Of a DNA stretch of 64,000 bases, positions 30,120 through 41,092 are shown piece after piece. The stretch's first letter is position 1. Every line of letters starts with the position of its first letter. The DNA is from Methanofastidiosum sp. (lineage in GTDB: Archaea > Methanobacteriota_B > Thermococci > Methanofastidiosales > Methanofastidiosaceae): NCBI GenBank assembly GCA_013178285.1, contig JABLXD010000007.1, forward strand, positions 18,093 through 82,092, written 5' to 3'. The notes under the pieces are model-generated. The model was not told the DNA's origin, did not search any database, and saw only the letters and a program-made list of their open reading frames with translations. The translations under genes and the position numbers were made by a program.

Positions 30120-30218
30120 AAATATTACTAAGTCTCAAACTATAAAAGAGTAATTATGTTAATATTATACCATTATTCAAACACAAGCTTTAAGAAATTC
30201 AAAATATAATAATTATCG

Positions 30219-30488
30219 ATGAAAAGAGTAAGAATTTATGTCTCGGGACAAGTACAAGGAGTTTTTTATCGTGCTAATGCCCAAAAAGAAGCTGAAAGGC
30301 TTAAAGTTACTGGTTATGTGAGGAATCTCCAAGATGGTAGAGTAGAAGCGGTGATAGAGGGAGAAGATCTTTGTGTTAATAAGATGATTCAATGGTGTGA
30401 AGTTGGTCCAAAGTATGCCAGAGTAGATAAGGTCGAAGTAATAAACGAACAGTACAAGGGAGAATTCAAAGAGTTTTTAATTAGATAA
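30219..30488 (+). CDS. acyP: Acylphosphatase
   Basis: The 89 aa protein has signature 1 VSGQVQGVFYR and signature 2 GYVRNLQDGRVE. Confidence 0.85.
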   Translation: MKRVRIYVSGQVQGVFYRANAQKEAERLKVTGYVRNLQDGRVEAVIEGEDLCVNKMIQWCEVGPKYARVDKVEVINEQYKGEFKEFLIR

Positions 30489-31343
30489 TTATTGGCATTT
30501 TGTATCTTTTCCTAAATGATATCCCTCAAATTCTGTTAGTACCTCAAATCCTGTATATCCTCTGCAATACATTTTGTCAAGTGCATGGCAAAGTATTGAA
30601 GAAGCGTGATCACCGGTGCAATGGAATCCAAACAAAGTTATTCCATATTTTTTAAGATACTCTATGGTTAAAGATATCCTTTTTTCATCTGCTGAAACAA
30701 GGTGTGTCCCCCCCAGAACTAAAAAAACGTCATCGCCTATAATATCCTTAGAATGCTCAATTGTATTTAAAAGGCCGGAATGATTACAGCCTAAGATCAC
30801 AACTCCACCAACATTTGTTTTAATAACTAAAGCTTGGTCATCAGGTATATCGTCATGATTATACTTCGACCCTACTTTCTTCTGAAATATTGTTGAGACT
30901 TTCTCAAAATCAAAAGTTCTCTCTATTTCTCCAGTAGTAAATATATTCTTAGACAATTCGACGCTTTCTTTAGTAAGCAAGATCTCTTGTAAGTCTTTAT
31001 CCTTAAATGGGGCACCTATATATTTAGGTCCCTCGGGAGTTTTTTTATATTTTTGATCGAAAATAGAGGGATGGGCAAATATTTTTGCATTTGTATGTTT
31101 CATTATGCCGATTAATCCGCCTGTATGATCATAATGCCCATGACTAATGAAGATTTTAGATATCTCCTCTTTTTTTTCACCTAATACCTCTAAATTATGA
31201 TTAAGCACTTCAAAAGTTTTGCCAGTGTCGAATAATATTTTTTCTTTATTTTCAATTAAAAAACTAATTCCATGCTCTCCCCAAAAATTTGAGGAAAGCT
31301 TTACATTATTATCTACAACACATTTAATCTTTGCATGCATCAT
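30489..31343 (-). CDS. MBL-fold metallo-hydrolase (COG1237-type, archaeal)
   Basis: It has the HxHxDH motif (SHGHYDHTGG) and later His/Asp/Cys ligands. Confidence 0.65.
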   Translation of the reverse strand: MMHAKIKCVVDNNVKLSSNFWGEHGISFLIENKEKILFDTGKTFEVLNHNLEVLGEKKEEISKIFISHGHYDHTGGLIGIMKHTNAKIFAHPSIFDQKYKKTPEGPKYIGAPFKDKDLQEILLTKESVELSKNIFTTGEIERTFDFEKVSTIFQKKVGSKYNHDDIPDDQALVIKTNVGGVVILGCNHSGLLNTIEHSKDIIGDDVFLVLGGTHLVSADEKRISLTIEYLKKYGITLFGFHCTGDHASSILCHALDKMYCRGYTGFEVLTEFEGYHLGKDTKCQ

Positions 31344-32116
31344 AATCCTTCCAATATTTCAAATATACCTCCAAGATCTATTTCATATTTTTCTATTTTA
31401 CCTTCATCACATAATCTTGATATTTCTGGATCGATTGGTATTGTGCCAACAATTGGGACTCCCATCTTGTTGTCATCACCATTCCCAAACACTTTGATTT
31501 TACTACCACAATCCGGACATGTTGCATAAGACATATTTTCTACAGCACCAATAATTTTAACATTTAGTTCTTGAGCCATCGATATTGCTTTTTTTACAAT
31601 TGTTGCGGCAAGAATCTGAGGAGATGTTACTACTAAAAATCCATCTAATTTGATACTCTGCATTAATGTCAACTGAACATCACTTGTTCCAGGAGGGAGA
31701 TCGAACAATAAATAGTCGAGTTCATCCCAAATAATATCTGCAAGGAACTGAGATACTGCTCCGCTAATCATTGGGCCCCTCCATATTACAGCATCTTCAT
31801 TTTTAGGCAAGAGTAGACTCATTGACATTATTTTGATTCCACTTTCAGTTAGTACTGGCATTATACCTGAGCTACCACCTATTGGTTTTTCGTTTGTGCC
31901 AAACATCATGGGTATACTTGGCCCCGTTATATCGAGGTCTAATATGCCTACACTTTTTCCTTGTTTAGCTAGATAAGACGCAATTAATGAAGTAACAACA
32001 GATTTTCCAACGCCTCCTTTACCGCTCCCAATAGCTATTTTTTTGCCAATTTTTGACATTCTTTCATCAATGTTCATCTTTTGAACTTTCAGTTGTTCTT
32101 GAAGGTTAGAAACCAT
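31340..32116 (-). CDS. apbC: Mrp/NBP35/ApbC-family Fe-S cluster carrier ATPase
   Basis: It has the deviant Walker A GKGGVGKS and the CPDCG (CxxC) cluster-binding motif. Confidence 0.85.
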   Translation of the reverse strand: MVSNLQEQLKVQKMNIDERMSKIGKKIAIGSGKGGVGKSVVTSLIASYLAKQGKSVGILDLDITGPSIPMMFGTNEKPIGGSSGIMPVLTESGIKIMSMSLLLPKNEDAVIWRGPMISGAVSQFLADIIWDELDYLLFDLPPGTSDVQLTLMQSIKLDGFLVVTSPQILAATIVKKAISMAQELNVKIIGAVENMSYATCPDCGSKIKVFGNGDDNKMGVPIVGTIPIDPEISRLCDEGKIEKYEIDLGGIFEILEGL

Positions 32117-32277
32117 TTATACCACGTTGGAATATTTATTCAATACTATTTAAAACTTTTTAGATATGCCTAAAATAAAAAAAATTAAAAATAATAGAAA
32201 ATATTAGGAATATGTCATCTATATTTACATTAAATGCAAAACGTTTATAAAGAAATTAAGTCCTTAATTTATATAGT

Positions 32278-33690
32278 ATGAACAAATCAATAACTATCCT
32301 TTTAATTTTATTAATGCTATTTTCTACTTTTGGAACCTATATTGGTGCCCAAGATGAAGATGAAAAAAGTTTGTTGCCTGAAGTTTCTCTAGATTATCCC
32401 ACTGAAGCAACACCAAATCAGGAGATTAAAGTTAGTGTAAAAGTGAAAAATACAGTAAATGATGTAATGTGGGATACACTTGCATATATTGATGAAGATT
32501 CAATGACAAAGGAAGCTAAAGCTGCTTTTCAGATAGTAGAAGGAAAGAAATTATTTCCTGTTCGAATGGATCCTGAACAAGAAGAAACTGTTATTTTAAC
32601 TGTTAAAATAACGACTAAGGCACTGAGTGGAGAATACTTGCTTCCTGTAGTTGTGGCAACTGGTATAGGTGGATGTAGGGAAGGTTGTGAGCCATCTTTA
32701 CTGACTGTATTTTCAACTATCAAGATTAAAAGAAATGACCCATTAATCACTTTAGAATTTGATAAATATCAAATAGATATCGAGCAAGGAGTTTGTGAAG
32801 TTGAACTTGTAGTTCCTTATTTACCAAATATTCCTTTCAGAATAACAAATATTAACAATACTGAGTCAGCATACAATCTGAAGATGACTGTTGTCCAAGA
32901 CACTCCTATGGTAAAAGGGATAATCGACCCTCCTGTAAATCAAAGTGTACTTCAACCAGGTGGGCAAATTACTGGATCGTTATATATCAGAGCTTCTTAT
33001 GAGGCCCCTATTGGAACGCAGGTCATAAGAGTAAGACTTACTTATTCTGACAAATATGGGGCAGACTATGATATGTTTAGAGAGATTGGAGCAACAGTGA
33101 AAAATGTTGGTAAGAACTTTTATGACCAAGGAAGACTTTACTATGACGCATGTGACTATGAAAATGCAAAAATATCTTTAAATCAGGCAAGGGAAATTTA
33201 CGAAGAAAATAACAACATATTAGTTGTACAAGAAATTGACAAGTTAATAAAAAGAATGGAAGCGAATGACAAATTTATGCAGGGTCAAACTAGATTTTTT
33301 GCAGGCGACTTGAAAAATGCAGTAACATATTATTCTGAAGCAAAGACACTTTACACTGAAATTAATGACTGTCAAGCAGTACAATTGTGTGAAGATGCTA
33401 TGAACGCTGCCAATAGGCCTCTTGGCGGAATACTTGGAGGAGTATCCGGTTCAGGAGGAGAAAGCCTAACCACATTTTCTATCCACACAATAATTGAAAT
33501 TGTCCTTGCAATTATTGTTGCTATACTACTTATTATAATAATTAGGGGAAAAGGTGGAAGTGGAGGCGGTAGAAAACTTACACTACCTGGAAAGATTTCT
33601 AGGCCATCACAGCAACAAAGTAATAGACCATCTCAACAGCCCATATCAAGACCTTCTGCAGAACCCATAAGGCCTCTCAAAAAATTCTAA
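32278..33690 (+). CDS. Hypothetical cell-surface protein (signal peptide, C-terminal TM anchor, Gly/Ser and Pro/Gln/Ser-rich tail)
   Basis: It has an N-terminal hydrophobic leader ILLILLMLFSTFGTYIGA. Near the C-terminus it has the TM helice IIEIVLAIIVAILLIIII followed by a GGSGGG linker and PSQQ repeats. Confidence 0.5.
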   Translation: MNKSITILLILLMLFSTFGTYIGAQDEDEKSLLPEVSLDYPTEATPNQEIKVSVKVKNTVNDVMWDTLAYIDEDSMTKEAKAAFQIVEGKKLFPVRMDPEQEETVILTVKITTKALSGEYLLPVVVATGIGGCREGCEPSLLTVFSTIKIKRNDPLITLEFDKYQIDIEQGVCEVELVVPYLPNIPFRITNINNTESAYNLKMTVVQDTPMVKGIIDPPVNQSVLQPGGQITGSLYIRASYEAPIGTQVIRVRLTYSDKYGADYDMFREIGATVKNVGKNFYDQGRLYYDACDYENAKISLNQAREIYEENNNILVVQEIDKLIKRMEANDKFMQGQTRFFAGDLKNAVTYYSEAKTLYTEINDCQAVQLCEDAMNAANRPLGGILGGVSGSGGESLTTFSIHTIIEIVLAIIVAILLIIIIRGKGGSGGGRKLTLPGKISRPSQQQSNRPSQQPISRPSAEPIRPLKKF

Positions 33691-33699
33691 ATTTTATTT

Positions 33700-34578
33700 T
33701 TAATATATTACTTTATTTAAAGGATATTCTATTATTCCTTCTGCACCAGCGCTTTTTAATTTAGGTATTAAATCTCTAATTATTTTTTCATCGACTATTG
33801 TTTCAACTGCGACCCAACCATCTGAACTTAAATTAGAAATAGTTGGTTTTCTTAAAGCGGGTAGAACTGAGATTACTTCTTCAAGATTTGATTTCTGAAC
33901 GTTCATCTTAACTCCGACCATTGATTCTGCTGCTAATGCACCCTTCAACAACATGAAAAGATCTTCGGTCTTTTTTCTTTTCCAGCTGCTCTTCCATGAT
34001 TCTTTATTACTTATCAGAACTGTTGTAGATTCTAATAGTGTATCAAGAACTCTAAGATTGTTAGCTTTGAGGGATGATCCTGTTTCAGTAAGATCCACTA
34101 TTGCATCGACAAGCTCTGGAACTTTTACTTCTGTAGCGCCCCAAGAGAACTCTACTGATGCATCTACTCCTTTGTCAGTCAAGTATTTCTTTGTAATATT
34201 GACTACTTCAGTTGCAATTCTTTTTCCGTTAAGGTCCTCAATAGTCTTTATTTTTGAAGAATCTGAAACAGCTAAGACCCACCTTACAGGTTTTAATCCT
34301 TGTTTTGCATAGACTAGTTTTCCTACGTTAACTACATCTGCATTGTTTTCAATTACCCAATCTAATCCAGTTAAACCTATGTCAATTATTCCTTTTTCTA
34401 CATACCTTGGTATTTCTTGTGCTCTAATCAATAAGCATTCGATATTTGTATCATCAATCGACGGTTTATAAGACCTAGAAGAGATATTGATAGAATAACC
34501 TGCTTTTTTAAACATATTAAGGGTAGATTCCTGTAAGCTACCTTTGGGCAATCCAATTTTAAGCATCATTTCTCTCAC
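33700..34578 (-). CDS. hisG: ATP phosphoribosyltransferase (long form)
   Basis: The 292 aa protein has the N-terminus [24 protein letters not shown] and a C-terminal regulatory domain. Confidence 0.85.
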   Translation of the reverse strand: MREMMLKIGLPKGSLQESTLNMFKKAGYSINISSRSYKPSIDDTNIECLLIRAQEIPRYVEKGIIDIGLTGLDWVIENNADVVNVGKLVYAKQGLKPVRWVLAVSDSSKIKTIEDLNGKRIATEVVNITKKYLTDKGVDASVEFSWGATEVKVPELVDAIVDLTETGSSLKANNLRVLDTLLESTTVLISNKESWKSSWKRKKTEDLFMLLKGALAAESMVGVKMNVQKSNLEEVISVLPALRKPTISNLSSDGWVAVETIVDEKIIRDLIPKLKSAGAEGIIEYPLNKVIY

Positions 34579-34694
34579 TTTTTAATTATAAATCTGGTCC
34601 TTGAAAACTGTTTATATATTTTATGCACTAAATCCTATAATCTCTTTATTATATTTACAAAAGAGATAAATAAAAAGAAATTTTAATAGTAATT

Positions 34695-35237
34695 ATGCCA
34701 TATGAAAAACATTTAGAAGGGGAGAAAGCATTAAATTTTTGTTTATACAATAAAGATGAAAAAAAGGTCTGTTTAAATGAAATAAAAAGTGATTGGATAG
34801 TACTCTTCTTTTTTGATAAAAGTATTCTTGAATCTGAGAATTCCGACATACTTTACTACTCAAAAGTAAAAGATGATTTTAAAGAATTAAAGGCAGAATT
34901 GGTTGGAGTTGGCCCTGTGTCACAAAAAGAAATTAGTAATTTTTGCTTAGAACATAATCCAGATATAATGCTACTAAGCGATTTTGATTACAAAGTATCA
35001 GAAGAGTATGGCGTAGTATTTCTTGATAAAGAAAATAACAAGAGAATCCTTCCAATGACATTTCTAATTAACAAAAAAGGTATTGTATCTAAAGTATGGA
35101 ACAGAGAAAAGATGTATTATAGGTTTTCTGGATATGCAGACAATTTAATTGAGTTATGGGAACAAAGTAAGATGTGGGCCCATATAACTAAAGTAATAGA
35201 TGCCATAGAGTTACTGGATAAAGCCCAAAATAGTTAA
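34695..35237 (+). CDS. Redoxin/peroxiredoxin-fold protein that lacks the peroxidatic Cys
   Basis: It has the AhpC/TSA-like topology (WIVLFFFDKS in place of the FTFVCPTE motif), so it may be non-catalytic or use a different residue. Confidence 0.4.
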   Translation: MPYEKHLEGEKALNFCLYNKDEKKVCLNEIKSDWIVLFFFDKSILESENSDILYYSKVKDDFKELKAELVGVGPVSQKEISNFCLEHNPDIMLLSDFDYKVSEEYGVVFLDKENNKRILPMTFLINKKGIVSKVWNREKMYYRFSGYADNLIELWEQSKMWAHITKVIDAIELLDKAQNS

Positions 35238-35998
35238 AATAAATTTATCCTTTCTAAAACTTTCTTAGTCAATTCACTATTGGAAACTATAACTCCTTTA
35301 GAAGAATTGGATAAGCTATTCCCAAAAAAATCAATGGCAATCCCGCCAGCTTCTTCACAAATCAATGAGCCAGCAACTGCATCATAATAATTGATTTTAT
35401 TTTTTATAAAAATGTCATATCTACCTTCTGCAACAAATGCCATATTAATTGAAGTAGATTGATTTAGACGGATACCCAGAACATCTTTTGAAAATGAAGA
35501 AATTATCTTAAAAAATTCTTCATGAAAATCCCTATCTTTAGTTAAATCTGTTACTATTAGGGAATCGGTAAGATTGAGTTTATTAGAAATAAAAATTCTT
35601 TTATCATTAATATAAGCACCCTTGCCTTTTTCTGCAAAGTAAAAATCTTCAGTTATTGGATTGTATATTACTGAAAGGATTGGGCTATCATTCTTTAATA
35701 AAGCAATAGAAACAGAGAACAATGGGATACATCTAGAAAAATTTATTGTTCCGTCAAGTGCGTCAACTAACCATTTGTATTCTGATTCTTTATTTCCAGA
35801 ATACCCGCATTCTTCGCACAAAAAAGAATGATTTGGATATTTTTGACTTATTATCTCCATTGCTTTATTTTCAGATTCATAGTCTGCATCAGTAACTAGA
35901 TCAAAATCTCCCTTTTTATAAATTCCACAATCATTTCTATAATATTTTTTTAAGATTTCACCAGATGCTCTTGCAGCACTGAAGGCAGTTTGAAGCAT
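35234..35998 (-). CDS. suhB: Inositol monophosphatase / fructose-1,6-bisphosphatase family protein
   Basis: It has the IMPase motifs WLVDALDGTINF and the C-terminal GG..D region. Confidence 0.8.
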   Translation of the reverse strand: MLQTAFSAARASGEILKKYYRNDCGIYKKGDFDLVTDADYESENKAMEIISQKYPNHSFLCEECGYSGNKESEYKWLVDALDGTINFSRCIPLFSVSIALLKNDSPILSVIYNPITEDFYFAEKGKGAYINDKRIFISNKLNLTDSLIVTDLTKDRDFHEEFFKIISSFSKDVLGIRLNQSTSINMAFVAEGRYDIFIKNKINYYDAVAGSLICEEAGGIAIDFFGNSLSNSSKGVIVSNSELTKKVLERINLF

Positions 35999-36002
35999 AA
36001 AT

Positions 36003-36401
36003 TCAACCTTTAATTAATTTTACATGTATTTTTCTTGATCGTGGCCCATCAAATTCCATGAAAAATATTTGCTGCCATGTTCCTAAAGAAATTTTTCCAT
36101 TCTCAATAATAATTGTTTTAGAAGGGCCGATTATAGAACTCTTTATATGGGCATCAGAATTTCCTTCGAGATGTTTGTAATTCCTATTGTGAGGTACCAA
36201 TTCTGATAAGAAATTGTTTATGTCGTCAACAACTGAAGGATCGTAACCTTCATTAATCATTATACCAGTAGTAGTGTGTGGAGAATAAATTACACATAAT
36301 CCAGAGGAAATATTTGATTTGGATATAATAGATTCTACATATTTTGTTATTTCTATTGAGTCAATTCTCTTGTTTGTTTTTAGATTTATGGTGTTATCCA
36401 A
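36003..36401 (-). CDS. YjbQ/UPF0047 family protein (secondary thiamine-phosphate synthase-like)
   Basis: The 132 aa protein has the conserved SPHTTTGIMINE and HLEGNSDAH motifs. Confidence 0.75.
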   Translation of the reverse strand: MDNTINLKTNKRIDSIEITKYVESIISKSNISSGLCVIYSPHTTTGIMINEGYDPSVVDDINNFLSELVPHNRNYKHLEGNSDAHIKSSIIGPSKTIIIENGKISLGTWQQIFFMEFDGPRSRKIHVKLIKG

Positions 36402-36402
36402 A

Positions 36403-37992
36403 TTATCCTCTCATTCTAATTTTAACAACTTTTCCTCTATTTAAATTTTTCATGACCTCTCCTGAAACTATCGCCTCTCCCACCCCAATACATTTATTAT
36501 TTTTCTGAACAATCACATCGTCACCGGGCCTAATGTTACTGGAACAACTTACGATTCCTTTTGAGAAAATATCCCCTCTTAAATCAAAATCTATGTTTAC
36601 CCATAATGAATCTTTAATTAATTCGCCACCTTTAACATTGACTTTGATTTTATTCTGGAAAATACCAATGTTTTTCTTATTAAATAGTAAGTCAGTGCTT
36701 TTTCTTCTTTCTTGATAATCAAATGGTAAATCAAATTCTTTTTTAAATTGAAAAGAAAACATTTTTTGTGCTTTTATCTTATATTCATTTAAAGGCTCTT
36801 TATCCCAAAAAATTCTATTAGCTTCAAGTATATTTTTTAATTCTTCAAGAGAACCTTTTGTATATAATATCTCAAAAGGTAGTTTTTCGAGAGCTTTTAA
36901 ATAAGGGCTATTTTCACCGAAGTGAGCAATTACAATTGGATTATTACATTTATTTAGTAAGGAAAGCAATAATTCAGAAAGGCAATCCAACTCTTCCTGA
37001 CTCCAGTGACCAGTGACTGGAATATCATAGTCTGCATAATCTTCAAGTTCCCTTGGAACTACGCCCAAAGGAGAGGTAAGAATCAACTGAGAGATATTAG
37101 AGTATTTATCTTTTAGAAAATCTTTTAGAAATGAAATAATTTTTGTATGGGATTTAGATACGCGATAAGGTTTTTTTGCACTGCATGGAAGTAATAAAAT
37201 TATATCTGTAGACGGAGAATAATATTCCTCTATTTCATTTCTCCATCTCACAACTTGGGGTCTTTCCAAGGAAATATCGTCTATGTAATAAGAACGTTTA
37301 AATTCTCTTCGTAAATGAATTTCAAATGAATCATAAAATTCTTTGTAAAGTATTCTTAGTAATCTTCTCGAATCTACAGACCCGTTAGAATACATCTCAA
37401 CTATTTCCGGCGATGGATTTGAGAGATACTCCTTAAAAAAATGCTCATTGTTTTCTTCATGTAAAAACAAATCAAATCCTATAAATAGGAATATTGGGAT
37501 TTCATAATTTTTTGAATTGATGAAAAAAAGTGAAGAGGGATATTTTTCTTTTAATCTAAAAAAGAAATCGAGAAGAATTCTTTCATCTGGTATTCTTTTG
37601 AAAAAATAAATAGATTTTTCAGGTATTGCCTCAAAAAGTTCTTGATTAATTTCTTTATATTTCGTGAGATATATTGGAAGACAATCATCAGTATTTTGAT
37701 TGGTTATGGAAATGTTCAAACTAGATAGTTTTTTAGCCTCTTTTAAGGGTAAGTCAAAAGGTATATCAATCAGTGGGGCTGTTGTCAAATCATATTTTTC
37801 TCTTTTGTAAGTTTCAGAAACAAGATAAGATATGGGCTTTTCTATAGTTATGCTGCCAAATTGTAAAAAATTCATATTATTCTTAATAAGGAACGGAGTA
37901 TTTTCTAAAGTACTATTTAGGGAGACTTTACCCAGCCTATGGCCATCTTCATATAGTATTTCAAATGAAAGATTATTTTCCAATGACATCAT
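36403..37992 (-). CDS. arcS: Archaeosine synthase (ArcS), with a C-terminal PUA domain
   Basis: It has the ArcS signature PC-x3-KPY-x2-S-x2-H (LLLPCSAKKPYRVSKSH). The C-terminal PUA region is GDDVIVQKNNKCIGVGEAIVSGEVM. Confidence 0.7.
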   Translation of the reverse strand: MMSLENNLSFEILYEDGHRLGKVSLNSTLENTPFLIKNNMNFLQFGSITIEKPISYLVSETYKREKYDLTTAPLIDIPFDLPLKEAKKLSSLNISITNQNTDDCLPIYLTKYKEINQELFEAIPEKSIYFFKRIPDERILLDFFFRLKEKYPSSLFFINSKNYEIPIFLFIGFDLFLHEENNEHFFKEYLSNPSPEIVEMYSNGSVDSRRLLRILYKEFYDSFEIHLRREFKRSYYIDDISLERPQVVRWRNEIEEYYSPSTDIILLLPCSAKKPYRVSKSHTKIISFLKDFLKDKYSNISQLILTSPLGVVPRELEDYADYDIPVTGHWSQEELDCLSELLLSLLNKCNNPIVIAHFGENSPYLKALEKLPFEILYTKGSLEELKNILEANRIFWDKEPLNEYKIKAQKMFSFQFKKEFDLPFDYQERRKSTDLLFNKKNIGIFQNKIKVNVKGGELIKDSLWVNIDFDLRGDIFSKGIVSCSSNIRPGDDVIVQKNNKCIGVGEAIVSGEVMKNLNRGKVVKIRMRG

Positions 37993-39280
37993 CCACTATC
38001 TCTTTAGCATAACCAATATATTTCTCAGGATTTAACGCATCGTCTATTTCAGATTCAGATAAAAGTTCTGTTATCTTTTTATCCTTCTTAACATTGTCAA
38101 TAAATAGACCTTCTTTCATAGAAACTAATCTCATTATTTCATGAGCGTCTTGTCTACCCATTCCCTTCTCAACTAGCTTTAGCATTAGTACCTCCGCTAA
38201 ATTTGAATAGCCAGTAAGCCCCAAATTCTTTTTTACATTTGACTCGTAGAATACTAAATTGGATAGAACTTTGATAGTTCCTTTGAGCATTTCATCCAAA
38301 AGAATAAATGACTCGGGATGGATTACCCTTTCACAAGAAGAGTTGGTAAGATCTCTCTCATGCCACAGAGGATTGTTTAAGAGGGCAGGAAACACATTAG
38401 AATATAATACTCTTGCAAGACCACATATTTTTTCACAAGTTACTGGATTTTTTTTGTTTGGCATGGTTGAAGATCCAACTTGTTTTTTACCAAATCCTTC
38501 TGCAATCTCCATTATCTCTGTTCTTTGAAGATTTCTTATTTCCAATGCCAGTTTATCTAAAGTTGAAGCTATAGAAGCCAAAGAAAACATAACGTCTGCA
38601 TATATGTCCCTAGATACAACTTGATTTGATATTTTTGCCATTTTAATACCAAGTATATCTCCCACTCTTTTCTGTAATTCAGGCCCATCTTTATATGATG
38701 CCATAGTTCCAACTGCACCAGAAATCTTTCCAGAAACGTTACTATATGAGAATTCAAGCCTATCATTCGCCCTTCTTATTTCATCTAAGAAGATTGCAAA
38801 CTTCATTCCATAAGTCGTTGGTATAGCATGCTGCCCATGAGTTCTTCCTACACAAACTGTATCTCTATATTTTTTGGATAATTCTATTAATATATTCTCA
38901 AGTTTATTTAAATCCCGAAATATAATCTTGAATGCTTCAACAAATTGAAGGGCCGTTGCAGAATCATTAATGTCATTAGAAGTTGCTCCTAGGTGAACAT
39001 ACTTTCCGTACTCACCACATTGTTCCGATAAAGAAAGAACTAACGCCATAATATCGTGATTGATCTCAGCTTCAATCTCTTTCATTCTTTCAAGAGAAAC
39101 ATATTTTGTATTTGCTTTTTTGAAGATCTCATTTCCTGCTTCTTTTGGTATATGGCCTAATTCTGAATGGGCCTTTGCTATTGCACCTTCAACTAGAAGC
39201 ATCTTATTTAGCCTCTCCTCCTCATCAAATATTTTTCTCATCTCAACAGAACCATATCTATTATCAATCGGATGGATCAT
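37973..39280 (-). CDS. purB: Adenylosuccinate lyase
   Basis: It has the fumarate-lyase signature GSSTMPNKKNP and a PurB-like N-terminus IDNRYGS. Confidence 0.9.
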   Translation of the reverse strand: MIHPIDNRYGSVEMRKIFDEEERLNKMLLVEGAIAKAHSELGHIPKEAGNEIFKKANTKYVSLERMKEIEAEINHDIMALVLSLSEQCGEYGKYVHLGATSNDINDSATALQFVEAFKIIFRDLNKLENILIELSKKYRDTVCVGRTHGQHAIPTTYGMKFAIFLDEIRRANDRLEFSYSNVSGKISGAVGTMASYKDGPELQKRVGDILGIKMAKISNQVVSRDIYADVMFSLASIASTLDKLALEIRNLQRTEIMEIAEGFGKKQVGSSTMPNKKNPVTCEKICGLARVLYSNVFPALLNNPLWHERDLTNSSCERVIHPESFILLDEMLKGTIKVLSNLVFYESNVKKNLGLTGYSNLAEVLMLKLVEKGMGRQDAHEIMRLVSMKEGLFIDNVKKDKKITELLSESEIDDALNPEKYIGYAKEIVDDVIGK

Positions 39281-39393
39281 TATTACACCTAATCTATTTT
39301 TCTGAATAAAGTTTATTAAGTTTTTTGAGATATATTATTCTATCTAAAAAAAGTAACCGAAAGATATATCATTAACTAGTAATTCTTATAATT

Positions 39394-39648
39394 ATGGATT
39401 ATACTAGTATTATTGGTCTAACTGCTGCTTTCCTTACTACCGTTTCTTCATTACCTCAAGTGATAAAGACTATTAAATTAAAGGAAACGAGAGATATTTC
39501 TTTTTGGATGTGGACTTTTCTTTCTCTAGGAATATTTTTGTGGTTAATTTATGGTATTTTTAGAAACGATCTACCAATTATATTGGCAAATGGTATATCT
39601 CTGTTTTTAGTACTTATTGTCCTAGGATTAAAAATAAAATACAAATAA
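39394..39648 (+). CDS. SemiSWEET / PQ-loop family small sugar transporter (3 TM)
   Basis: The 84 aa protein has three hydrophobic helices and the LPQ motif in TM1 (TVSSLPQVIKTIK). Confidence 0.7.
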   Translation: MDYTSIIGLTAAFLTTVSSLPQVIKTIKLKETRDISFWMWTFLSLGIFLWLIYGIFRNDLPIILANGISLFLVLIVLGLKIKYK

Positions 39649-39649
39649 C

Positions 39650-40417
39650 TCAGTTTTTTCCATTACATTCTTTGATCATTTCTTTTAGTTCAACTGCTTC
39701 ATCTATTACTTTCCAGCCTTCACCTAAATAAATAGTATTAACTAGATTTTTTAGAAAAGCAAGATTTGATTTAGGATCGTTAAGGTCATATTTTGCTACT
39801 AAATTTAATATTTTTTCTAGAAAAGAAAAGGTAACTGGATAATCTTCTTTAAGTAGTTCGATCAAATCTTCTTTAATTTCTTCAGAACAATTTAATACAT
39901 CGTCTGCAAATAAAAGTGCAAATTCTGCCCACCTGTCCCCTAGCATGATTTCTGGGCCCCTAGTCAAATTATTAAGATTAGATTTTGCTCTTGTATCAAT
40001 CATTTTTTGAGGGTCGTGCCCATTTTCTCTCTGAAGTTTGTAAAGAGGTGGATGCTGAGCTAGAGAATTCATATTTATGTCTATCCCCATTTGTTGAGTA
40101 TATTTATTGGCTAATCCTTTGAATCCTCTAATCATCAAGATCCAATGTCCTATTTCGTGAGTTATCAATAAAGGATCGAATGATTTTGGATTTTCAAGCC
40201 ATATGGGCAAAACTACTCTTCCATCTATCACGCCCGGGTATGCGCTGTTAAGTTCTCCAGGTATATGTTTTAGTTCAGGATTATCTTTCCTGTTGCCTAT
40301 CATAATTTCTATTGGATATCCAAGAATGTCTTGAGAATATTTTTTCCATAAATCTAATATTCTTATAGTTGGCTCATCCGCCAAGTTTCTAATATAACTT
40401 TCAGAAAAAGGTTTCAT
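39650..40417 (-). CDS. Hypothetical protein with an HExxH motif (putative zinc metallopeptidase)
   Basis: It has LITHEIGHWILM (HEIGH). It has no signal peptide and I recognise no family. Confidence 0.4.
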   Translation of the reverse strand: MKPFSESYIRNLADEPTIRILDLWKKYSQDILGYPIEIMIGNRKDNPELKHIPGELNSAYPGVIDGRVVLPIWLENPKSFDPLLITHEIGHWILMIRGFKGLANKYTQQMGIDINMNSLAQHPPLYKLQRENGHDPQKMIDTRAKSNLNNLTRGPEIMLGDRWAEFALLFADDVLNCSEEIKEDLIELLKEDYPVTFSFLEKILNLVAKYDLNDPKSNLAFLKNLVNTIYLGEGWKVIDEAVELKEMIKECNGKN

Positions 40418-40443
40418 TTAATCACACCAATAAAATACAAATA

Positions 40444-41058
40444 TTAATCATTATCTGCTCCTTTCATAATTTCAATTCCTTCTTTTATAAGGAATATAAA
40501 AATTATTACCCCAACTATCGGATCAGCTTGCCAGAATCCAAAAAAATAATTCAAAGATAGCCCGAAAAAAAGGGGTAAAGATAAGAAAGCACATGCAAGC
40601 GTTTCTTTTGAATCGGCAATAAGGGATTTGCTATTGATTTTTTTTCCAATAATATTTTTTTGATAAAAAAGGATTGGCATTATCAAAATCGATGCTATTG
40701 AAATAATTATTCCTGCTAACGAAGGATCAGGCTTTTCGGTTATTAAGATTTTTCTGATTGATTCGATTAATACATAAAAACCTAAGATAAGAAAAGTTAA
40801 TCCAACTAACTTAGTTGCTTTTTTTTCCACATTTAGTTCTTCATATTCGTCTACAAAACCGTGTTTTTTTAATCTCCAGATCAATATAATCCCAGATAAA
40901 GATTCAACTACGCTATCAAGCCCAAATCCAACTAAAGCTATACTATTTGAAAGTGTTCCAAAAATTATTGAAAAAAATGCCTCAAATATATTATATGCTA
41001 CAGTAAAGTATTCAAGGAACAATCCTTTCTTATATAGATTCTCCATAATAAATCCCAC
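40444..41058 (-). CDS. Cation diffusion facilitator-like membrane protein (transmembrane domain only, 204 aa)
   Basis: It has CDF TM signatures (SNSIALVGFGLDSVVESLSGIILIW) but no C-terminal cytoplasmic domain. Confidence 0.55.
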   Translation of the reverse strand: MGFIMENLYKKGLFLEYFTVAYNIFEAFFSIIFGTLSNSIALVGFGLDSVVESLSGIILIWRLKKHGFVDEYEELNVEKKATKLVGLTFLILGFYVLIESIRKILITEKPDPSLAGIIISIASILIMPILFYQKNIIGKKINSKSLIADSKETLACAFLSLPLFFGLSLNYFFGFWQADPIVGVIIFIFLIKEGIEIMKGADND

Positions 41059-41092
41059 CTTTAAATGGATATAAACCTATCTTAATAAAAAA